Of a stretch of 20,000 nucleotides of DNA, positions 11,301 to 20,000 are shown in pieces; the stretch's first letter is position 1; every line of letters begins with the position of its first letter. The notes beneath the pieces were generated by a model. It saw only the letters and a program-made list of their open reading frames with translations. It was not told the origin of the DNA and did not search any database. The stretch is from Craspedostauros australis. Lineage: Eukaryota. Made by a program: the position numbers and the translations under genes. The stretch is taken from NCBI GenBank assembly GCA_030167865.1, contig JALAGF010000286.1:58099-78098 (forward strand), read 5' to 3'.

Positions 11301-14300
11301 ACCGGGGTCGAAGGCACCATCCTGGGAGTGTCATCCTCCGCCCAAGCCAACCCTCCATCAATGGTCCTCGCGTATAGCGACACGACATCACCCAGCGATC
11401 TGTCATCCACGAAAGATGTTCTCATCATGCAACGTCAGATTGGGAACATCGCACCCATCGCGCGTGTCTCGACCGGAAAATTTGCAAACTACAAATCGCG
11501 CATGCAAACCGTCTTGGTCAATGTATCGCACTCGTCTTCCACATCGAATGCCAAATCTAAACACGCTTCTAATGGTCAGAGCACCAAGACCGCGAGTCCT
11601 GCCCTGGGTTCAACCTCGCGTGCTTCGTTCACGATGCCCGTGACGGATGGGCAGCTGATCGGCGTGGGCACTGGGCATCAGCACGGCCACATCGCTCGGT
11701 TGGTCTTGTCATCTGAGGAAACGGTCGATGAGCTGTGGTCACACGAAGGCCAAGGCTGGTGTTTGGTTGGCACGAAGCATCGCACCTTCTTCATTTTGTG
11801 GGAAGGATCCAATCCCTCACGTGGGGCGCAGGTGGTGAAGGAACTGGATCCCTCTATCACTGCCGTCAACGGCCAGAGCGTGTCACAGATCGATCCACTG
11901 CCGGCACCCCTACAGGGCACGGCAACAACAACGACGACGGCGAAACTTGAGCCAGATGGCATGACGTATCGCAAAAGCAAGCGTGTGTCGGAAGAAAGCT
12001 TGGTCGGTCTCCCTTACATCCCAGATGCCGGTGGCCGAGATTCCATGTCGACAGCCCGAGATTCCATGGCGTATTCCGAACCATCCGATGCGGCAGCCCA
12101 CTTTTATGCACAGGCCAACAAGAGCATAGGATACGAAAGATACGACGTCGATCGCGTCACCCACAACGGCAACGGCGATTTGGTGAACGACATCGTCTTT
12201 GATGCATTGGAGAGCATTTCTGGACTGAGTGTTCGGGGCGATTCCTACCGATCGCTCCCACCGCGCATGGTGGCCGCACCGAACCTTCCATCAAGCCAGC
12301 GCCGATTGTCGCATTCCGAAAAGAGCACGAGGCTTCTGTACCGCTGCACAAGTTGGACCGATTTGGACGGCAGCTTCGAGAACCAGTTGCATCTGATGGG
12401 ACAGGGTGAGTCATCGACAATGTCGTCTTCGTGCAGGTGGACGTATGCGTTTGTATTCATGAGCGTGGCCCCATTGGACGTCATTCACAGATCTACGGCT
12501 TCGTTTGTCGTTGATGTTGGCACAGTATTGAGTATTGATACCTGTCCTCGATGACTAACGTTCTGCTTCTTTGCCCGTGTTCCCTTCCTTCATCCATTCC
12601 TGCATGCTATGCCACTGGCCATGCCCAAATACGAACACACGGATGCAGTTCCGATCGTCTGCCTGACTGCACAATCGCGGGGAAGTGATCAGTGCTACGT
12701 ACTGACGCTGCGACAGTTGCTAGTGGACAATGGGGAGTCGTCTCCGTTCCAGCAAGTACTGTCGTGGTTGTGCGGTCAGAGGGACTACTTTACGGCAGCG
12801 AGCATCGCTCTCGATCTACTGAATGACGCTGACACTCTCTACAGTCTCTGGCAAAGCGCAGAAAGGATCGACGAGGAGAATGAGAGGGACAAGCTGCAGG
12901 GACTCCTTGACGGCATCTCAGCAATTCCGTCCTTCTCCGAAACTGCGCCCGCGTCTGAGCAACAACAGGACCAGCAGCCGCAGCCGCAGCCGCAACAGCA
13001 ACAGATGGTTCCTCATCACGACGAGGATGGTGCACTGTCATCGGTGAGTGATGCGGCTCGCATTCAAGTTCAGCTTGCCGATATGACCGTGGCGTGCCTG
13101 GCCAAGGGCGGATACCCCATGTCGGACTCCCTCATGAGATTCCTCAAGCACAACAAGCTGTACGATGCCAGCAAAGCAAGCTTGATCCTTGTGTCGCGGA
13201 CTGCAGGGGTCGTCTCCGGCGATGTGACTGCCATTCGAGAAATCATGCAGGTGGATCCTGATCGGTGCGATGAAGGGTTTATCAAGAACTACAAGATGTT
13301 GCTTTGGCCCGTGCGTTGTATGCTGGAAGTCGGTGCATCGCGTGACTGTTTCCACACCACGATGATGCTGCTGAACGGAACGATCCCAGACGAACTGAGG
13401 AACCGCCCCACGACAAAGTCGTTCCTGCCACCTTCATTCCCGTCCTCCGCACAGAAAGCACCAACACCACACAGCAATGCCATGCAACTCGCCAAGGAGC
13501 TAGTGAAGCTGATCGTTTCATCATCCACAGATGGTGCTGAAGAGCTGCTGAACTTACTGGACGAGGGTTCCCGCATTCGTTTCTGGCAATCATTGAACCG
13601 TGAAACGCAGCTGGAACTCGCTCTCATAGAAGTCGACGGGAAACACCCAATGCTGCGCCAATGGGAGGTTCGTGAATGGTGCCGCGCCGAGTTGCATGCC
13701 ATGTTGAAGGACTATCATGTGGCTGCTTCCAGCGCATCATCCGAGGCCATGCCGACCACATGGCTCCAGCTGTTGTGCCAAGCCACCCTCCGCAACGCAG
13801 GCTGCGATTTGGAAGATATGACTGCAGGCAGCGGACAAAGGCAACATGTCGCTGATACCGACGCTGTCACTGATGCTGCTGGTGCTGGGGCTGAAGGCAG
13901 CAGCGACGGTGATAGCGGACGAAAGGAAGGGATTGATGCCATGCAAGCAACCGACAAACTGCAAGATCCAACGCTCATCGACACCGACTCTCCAGCATCG
14001 ACACCCGCGGCCGATGAAGCCTTGAGCAAGGGTGTTTCGGAGGATCAGGAAATCCGCACCGCTCTGATCGCCATGAGAGGATCTGGCGGCGTCGACTTCG
14101 ACCTTGCCATTCCTTGTCTTTTGCTCCTCTCTGTTCGACAGTCCAATTGGTGGAATGAAAGTCGTAAGGGAGGAGACATGCCGGCTTCTGTCGCCGCGGC
14201 TGCTGCGGTGGCAGCTGTTGGCAGTAGCAACAGCAGCAAGAACAGCAACAGCGACAACAACAACGCAACCACCCGTGCCAGTGTGGTGGTTGACGACAGT

Positions 14301-15206
14301 GAAACGTCGAAGGAGTACATTGCGACACAGAGGCTCCTGGAAGGCCTGTGCGACCTTGCTGGACGTTATCAGATGGAGCCACCGATGTTTGACTTTGACG
14401 AAGTCGCAGCCATGAGACAGTGTGCTTTGGCCAGCAACGTCCGAGCCGGAAGCTTCCTGGTTGGCGGCCGAAATGGTTTCGTCCTGCTGTGCTGTGATAT
14501 CCTCATGAAGAACAACGGCATGGACATGGAGAGTGCCGAATCGTTCTTGCTCCACGATCAACTCCAGCTGGATGTGCTGGATCGATGGACCTCCACCGGC
14601 ATATCATCTTCTCAATCCAGGGTCGAAACTGAACCTGGCAGCAGTAGTCCCAGCAGGAGCATTAGCAACAGCAGCCATCATAGACGCATAAGCAACGCCA
14701 ACGGCATGGAGGTCAACGGGCACAACTCCACGGAAGACTTCGTGCTCGAACCCTATCATCTGGAGCTACTCAAGTTGCTGAATCAGCACGTTCTGAGCAT
14801 TCGCACTTTCGGACAATTCGAGGCCATCCATCTGCGTGGCAGAGTGGATCCTGTGTTTGCGGCCACATGCATCTTCAGATGCTGGCTGCTGCTGACTGCG
14901 TCCAAAAAGACGAAGCGGCCGGCCACAACGTGGCTGGTTGGGTGGTTGCGCAGTCGCCTTGAGATCAGCGATGAGGACATGGAAAGCAAGCGGCGTTTGG
15001 TGTCCGCTGCGCTGGTCCGAGCCTTGGTTTGGGCATCGCCGTCCACCAAGGAGCGCCCGGGGTTCGCAGCACCCGAAGACCCAGCCTACCTCCTGGCATA
15101 CGCCATGGGCATGGAATCCAAGTTCGTTTCCGAGCTGGCGATCTCCTGCAACGGCCTGGTGGAATCCATTCCTTACCCCATCGCCAAAGACATGATGATG
15201 GCATAA
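8388..15206 (+). CDS. Large hypothetical protein, join(8388..12405,12649..15206), ~2191 aa
   Basis: The 1388-aa and 865-aa ORFs are in the same frame and join by a phase-1 intron (CAG G|GTGAGT ... TGCAG|TT) to read ...HLMGQVPIVCLTAQ... Globular-looking segments alternate with S/N/Q/A-rich low-complexity inserts. No family recognised. Confidence 0.85.
12406..12648 (+). other. Spliceosomal GT-AG intron (243 bp, phase 1)
   Basis: Donor GTGAGT at 12406, canonical branch motif ACTAAC at 12554-12559 followed by a pyrimidine tract, first downstream AG at 12647-12648. Reading frame is preserved. Confidence 0.85.
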
Positions 15207-15547
15207 TCCAAAACCAAGACCACTGCATGGCATGAGCATGTTCACGTAGGATAAGGGAGGCAGAGGATGGGACGAATGAGTGAGAACGGGCACGGACACT
15301 CGTAGTTGTATGTGAACTCGACTTGCCATGCAAGGCAGCCACCCGTCCACCACAACGGGCAGTGCCTGAAAATGATAATGACCTCAGCATTTCTTGACGA
15401 GCTGCCTTCTCCTTCGTGTAGGTACACTGCAACAAATCTGATTTACGATCTATTCCATTCGTAAGCATAGCACTGATCAAGATTACTGTGCTCCGCCATG
15501 AATTGCAGTGTGATTGGGTCTATTATGCGCTACGAATAGTATGGTAG

Positions 15548-15591
15548 GGTGGTTGTACGGTAGTTGTACGGTGGTTGCACGGTGTCTGTAC
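15548..15591. repeat. Minisatellite, 4 x 11 bp
   Basis: ggtggttgtac ggtagttgtac ggtggttgcac ggtgtctgtac, between two convergent stop codons. Confidence 0.8.
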
Positions 15592-15649
15592 TGAAAATTG
15601 CTCAATGATTTCGCGCCTCTGAGACCCTCCCTGCCATGATGTTCCTCTC

Positions 15650-17854
15650 TTATGGTTCCTCCCGCGTCTCTTCAAAGTCCACCGTGTTGCTGTACGCCTC
15701 AACCACGAAGGCCATCGCGAATGCAAGGCCAATGAAGAAAAGGAGGAGGTAATACGCGGGGTGTACCCTGGACATGCGTCGGTTGAAGGCCATCAGGCAT
15801 TGATCGCACCTTCCCGGCGGATTGGCAGCGATGACGATCCCCATGTTTGGCGACGCCTTGGCAATCAACATGCACGTCTGGCGGTCGACCCCAATCAATT
15901 GGCCAGCATGCGTGGCGGTCACGTCCGCAGTGATCTGCTTGCCGTTGACATGCACCAGCTCATTGCCTTCATTAAGCAAAGAGTGCGCCAAGAGGTTGTC
16001 GCTGTGTATCTCGGACACGATGAGCCCGTTGCCCTGCGGGTGGTTCGGTGAGCGATGTCGTTTCAACGTCAACCGCAGGAGGCGTGATGGGTACAGCCGA
16101 CGGATGACGGACCCGATGAGTTTGGGATCGCCGTGCGGATTGTGGAACACCAATGTCAGGGAATCAGTGTTTTCAATCTCCGACTGTGATTCCTGACTGC
16201 GGTTGGATCTGGACCTCGGCTGGTCCTTCGCAGCGGCGGGGCTGTGGATCTTCTTTCTGCATTTATGCAACGACCAGCCTTTGCAGTTTTCATGGTTGAT
16301 GCTGACGAGGTAGTCACCTGTCGAGATGGAAACATTTCGTAAGAAGTCGTCCTCGAACACAGTATCAACGACCACCTGATAGCCGTGAGTATCCAACACC
16401 GTGCCGTTGGCTCGTTTGGCGAGATGATTGCTGGGTGCATTGCTTGAATCGACTTCCGCACCTTCGTTGGTGTAGCGCGGCAACGTATCGTCAGTGTTTG
16501 TGGCAGCGGACGTGTTGCGACGCATAGATTGTGATTCCTCGTATCCGTGCGCAGGTGGAGATTCGATGTCGATGTGCTGCTCTGTTGTTGGCAGTGAATT
16601 GCAGTGTTCGTGCTGGTGTTGGTTCTGGTTGGGATCAGTGTCGATGGTTCTACTCGTGGCATCTTCCGTATGGACATCATCGTTATCTGCAGATCCCATG
16701 TCGATACCAATGGTGCTGCGTTGCTGGACTGGTTGCCCAGAGTCGGATGTGCCGAGCGACTGAACTTCCAGCGGAGCCAAGTCATCTGGATGCTGAAGAA
16801 GATCCAGATCTTGCACAGCCATCAGCGACAAGCCCAGGCTTCTGTGCGGGGCCGGCCAGGGCCAAAAGGTCACGCTTGTGAACTTGGGAACTGGCGGGCA
16901 TTCATCGAAGGACATGACGCGGGTCGTTTGTGCCGCATGCGTGATGGAATCCTCGCTGCAAAGGGTATGGGCATCATCGTTCGCGCAGAGCTCGGTGGGC
17001 GTGGTGGATGGTGCTGTGGTCTCGATGTGCGTTGGGATGGCTGCTTCGGTTGATACGGCAAGATCTGGCACGAGTTCGAACCTTCGCATCTCCATCTCCG
17101 GTCCCGGTGCCAGGGATAGCGATGAGGATGTGCTCCGCAGCGAACGGCAGTGTTCAGATGCTGCATCAACATCCTCGCAGTTTGATGATATCTGCGAGGA
17201 TGATCCCGACGAGCACGACGCTGACGAGCAGGATGACGACGAAGATGATGATTCGACAAGGCACGTTCTGTATAACCGCGCGTATAAGGCTGCATCTGCG
17301 TGATCCTGTTCTGCGGATCGAGGCTTGCCAACTGCGCGTGCCTGAACGAGGTTCACAATGCCTGATGCAGGACTGCCACTTGGCGGCGCTGTTGGTGCTG
17401 CTGTTGGTGCCGACGAAGTTGATGATACCGATGACTCCGATGACAATGATGAAGAGGAGACGGGTCCATTCGAATGAAAGACCGGGTGAATCGATTCTTC
17501 CACTGTTTGGTCGGGTGTTCGATCAAGAGCGTTGTTGGTACAGCGAGGGGGGACTTCTTGGGCAGGCTCGAGAACAACAGCATCGACATGGTTCGATTCG
17601 GCATGGTGAAGTCGATGGATGTTGCCATCGTCCTTGTGGTGTTTGCGGTGGTGGTGGTGCTTGTGCTTGATGACAACCTGACCTTCCAGGATGTCAATCG
17701 GGATTGCTTCTGCGATTGGGGCCATCTTGTTGGCATTGACATCGTGCGCCGACATTGGCGCAGGAGGTGGAGCGTTGGCTGCGGGACCTCTCCATCGCCT
17801 TGCCGATGTTCTGCCATGGTTGGTATTGGTGGTCGTGTCTGTCATGGCTGGCAT
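15650..17854 (-). CDS. Tandem PDZ-like domain protein with C-terminal transmembrane helix (tail-anchored), 734 aa
   Basis: Intronless ORF. PDZ-like segments VVVDTVFEDDFLRNVSISTGDYLVSINHENC and LIVSEIHSDNLLAHSLLNEGNELVHVNGKQI fit the 'V..V...S....L..GD.I..VNG' pattern. TM YYLLLFFIGLAFAMAFVV (15701-15754) followed by a 16-aa tail. Disordered His/Ser-rich N-terminus, no signal peptide. Confidence 0.8.
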   Translation of the reverse strand: MPAMTDTTTNTNHGRTSARRWRGPAANAPPPAPMSAHDVNANKMAPIAEAIPIDILEGQVVIKHKHHHHRKHHKDDGNIHRLHHAESNHVDAVVLEPAQEVPPRCTNNALDRTPDQTVEESIHPVFHSNGPVSSSSLSSESSVSSTSSAPTAAPTAPPSGSPASGIVNLVQARAVGKPRSAEQDHADAALYARLYRTCLVESSSSSSSCSSASCSSGSSSQISSNCEDVDAASEHCRSLRSTSSSLSLAPGPEMEMRRFELVPDLAVSTEAAIPTHIETTAPSTTPTELCANDDAHTLCSEDSITHAAQTTRVMSFDECPPVPKFTSVTFWPWPAPHRSLGLSLMAVQDLDLLQHPDDLAPLEVQSLGTSDSGQPVQQRSTIGIDMGSADNDDVHTEDATSRTIDTDPNQNQHQHEHCNSLPTTEQHIDIESPPAHGYEESQSMRRNTSAATNTDDTLPRYTNEGAEVDSSNAPSNHLAKRANGTVLDTHGYQVVVDTVFEDDFLRNVSISTGDYLVSINHENCKGWSLHKCRKKIHSPAAAKDQPRSRSNRSQESQSEIENTDSLTLVFHNPHGDPKLIGSVIRRLYPSRLLRLTLKRHRSPNHPQGNGLIVSEIHSDNLLAHSLLNEGNELVHVNGKQITADVTATHAGQLIGVDRQTCMLIAKASPNMGIVIAANPPGRCDQCLMAFNRRMSRVHPAYYLLLFFIGLAFAMAFVVEAYSNTVDFEETREEP

Positions 17855-17897
17855 GCTGCGAAGTGTTGTGATGTGCTATGCTGCGTTGAGTTGAGAG

Positions 17898-18012
17898 TGT
17901 ATTGTATTGTATTGTATAATACGTATTGGATGTTGTACCGCACGTATTGTGTTTGTGTGTGTGTTCTGTTGTATTCCTTTGCACTGTCTCTCTCTCTCTC
18001 TTCTCTTCTCTT
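17898..18012. repeat. Simple repeats upstream of the PDZ gene: (TATTG)n, (TG)n, (CT)n
   Basis: gtattgtattgtattgtat near 17899, tgtgtgtgt near 17955 and tctctctctctctc near 17987. Confidence 0.7.
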
Positions 18013-18880
18013 TGGTTGGAGGCGTCGCAAGGCCACAGCTCCTCCCAAAAGTTCCTCCAATGTTCTGTCGCACCGGAGGTTGAAGGCATCGGAGCTGCGG
18101 CTCCCACGAACATTCTCCACGGAGTGGAAGAACAGAATCTCCAAACCCCGCTCCGTATTTGCGGCGATGATGGATGAATGTCGGCGATGATTCCACCGTT
18201 TTCATCCCGAAGGCTGCTTACCCGAACACATCTTCGAGACACACCCACCACGCCAGCGAGAATCACTGGACGCCAGCGCATGTGTGGACTGGAGAGGTTG
18301 AACACATGAAGGTGAGCGCAGCAAAGCGAATCGTCGCCAATCCATGTCATCGGAGTGCTCCCGACACTCGATTACATTGTGTCATGTCATGGTTGGATGC
18401 GGAGGCTTCGCGTTTTGGTCGGGTGTTGCAGCTGTTGTGCATCGTACTGGTACGTGTTCCCACGCCCCCATCACCAGCTTCTGATGACGCGACATCGCCA
18501 ACCCTTCGCAAATGTGGATCTGCCTCAACGAAATTGGCGACATCGGCAGCGATGCTGATGTCGATTTCGTGGGTTGTTCTGATTGGTGTCATGATCACGA
18601 TCCCTGTTTGGCTCCGTTCGCTCCAGTCCGGTTCGGTTCATTTTGTTAAGTGTGGCGCAGTGAAGGAACCAACTCGTGGCCCTTGCGACCACAAGATTCT
18701 GTATTCTCTTCGGGCGAGGCAGTAGCGTTCGTTTTGGTTGCTCGTGTGAGAATCGCACGACTATGAGCCCGATCAGTGAGTCGACCTGCACTCCGTTATT
18801 GGCCTCCAGAAATTTTAGCTTGGATATCCCAACCAAGCACATATTCGTAATCCCTGTAGGTCTAATACAAATAATTAACC

Positions 18881-18933
18881 NNTNNATTTTTNAGTTAGAT
18901 CCTATTTTAAGTTTTACGGACCGATGGATATGN
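18881..18933. other. Ambiguous bases (N) in an AT-rich patch; low-quality or repetitive assembly
   Basis: Ns at 18881-18892 and 18933, the only Ns in the window. Confidence 0.9.
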
Positions 18934-20000
18934 GCAATTTTCGATCTCTCTCGGGTTTCAGCCTTTCGCCTACGACTACATCGATCAAACTTAACCCTTT
19001 GCTGTTCTTCGTTTCAGCAAGGTTGTTCCCATTTTGAATTGTTTAGTCTCTTTTTGAGGTGTCCCGATCAGACCATCCAACACCCCGTCCACGATAGCGC
19101 TAGTTGTAGAGTTTGGGGAGAAGCGGCGAGTGCGCGTTTGCATTCATTCTACCCTATGTTTGCCTGATCCGTCATCTACGTCACCAGACTGGGTGCTGCG
19201 TCATGAACCACCAATCATAGCACGATGTGAAGCAGCATCAGCTACGTTTCGTCGTGACGGAATGGTCGAGTTGCATTGGTACTCCGGAAGTGCTTAGTGT
19301 CATGCTTCTTTCGTGCATTTGGCTAGATGTTTGCAATTACCTTATCCCCCAGTATGTGCAACTGGTCAAGAGTGCCAAACTCCAAAAACGAACAACATGA
19401 CAATGGCAAAACACCAAAAAACACCACAATGGCCGTCCAACGGCAATCAATGCGCCGCACCAACCAGCGGTCCTATGACAAATCCAAGCACATCGCCGTC
19501 ACCGCGATGCATCCGTTGGTGGGTGGACGAGAGGGGGTCGCGAGAGCGCTTGATTTGGGGCCGTCGCAGGCCCCAGATCAAACGTCACAATTTCGCGCCA
19601 GATTGCCTCGTTGCATATGGCCGGTGTACTCCGTCCACAGCCCACCCCAACGCCTATGGATGGGCAGGATGGCTCCAGGAGGCCAAGACCAAGATTACCA
19701 CGAAGTTTCAGGCTCGGGGAGGACTGGGAAGTCCTCCGCGCAGAGGAAAAGGTGGAGGGCAAACAATTTTCGCGGTGTGTCGTGGGGGTTTCCATCATGT
19801 GGCTTTGGCTGTGCAGGGCACCATCGCCAACTCACACCATCGCCAAGCCACCCATACAAGATGCGTGCGGAATCAATGGGAGATTCACCTCGCGAAGTTT
19901 GCGCCGCGGAGACGGTCTACAAGAGGCGGCACCCCACCATATCCGACGAATGGTCGTTGTTGGTGGGTGCCCCCCAAAAACCAATGGCATCACCAAATGG

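Noticed and set aside
17590-17602. GGTTCGATTC tRNA T-loop-like motif
   Set aside because: Lies antisense within the PDZ CDS and no cloverleaf can be formed.
8339-17817. Antisense and alternate-frame ORFs inside the large gene and the PDZ gene (e.g. 13737-14561, 17008-17670)
   Set aside because: Shadow ORFs expected from codon bias in GC-rich coding DNA.
18481-18535. Hammerhead-like CTGATGA...GAAA
   Set aside because: Stem II cannot close (C opposite C) and no flanking stems with an NUH site were found.
18174-18725. 183-aa plus-strand ORF with a hydrophobic stretch
   Set aside because: No recognisable family and several overlapping ORFs of similar quality; unsupported.
18992-18998. TAACCCT as a telomerase RNA template
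   Set aside because: A 7-mer is expected by chance in 20 kb, and no supporting promoter or pseudoknot was identified.
19860-19925. HDV-like ribozyme core (TTC-ACCTCGC-GAA resembles P3/L3)
   Set aside because: No GG for P1.1, poor P1 pairing and no P2 partner downstream.

Overview
Eukaryotic nuclear DNA, probably from a diatom or other stramenopile (inferred from compact genes, GT-AG introns, a PT-repeat GPI protein and a tail-anchored tandem-PDZ protein). Six genes can be supported: (1) the 5' end of an ArfGAP-domain gene running off the left edge (-); (2) a secreted protein with two copies of an 8-Cys domain I do not recognise (2208-3158, +); (3) a two-exon small GPI-anchored Cys protein (3717-4637, -); (4) a two-exon polytopic membrane protein resembling the GPDPase-membrane-domain-like family (5976-7359, +); (5) a two-exon ~2191-aa hypothetical protein (8388-15206, +); (6) a tandem-PDZ protein with a C-terminal TM helix (15650-17854, -). 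The strongest unexpected signal is in the three introns: each has a 114-213 nt AG-free zone before the acceptor, and a branch-point-like motif plus pyrimidine tract 90-150 nt upstream, i.e. distant-branch-point architecture. The last ~600 bp have no stop codon in any forward frame for 447 nt and contain several strong hairpins, possibly a structured RNA or the end of a mobile element. I saw no rRNA, tRNA, CRISPR array or recognisable transposase/RT. All family assignments come from reading motifs by eye; no searches were run.
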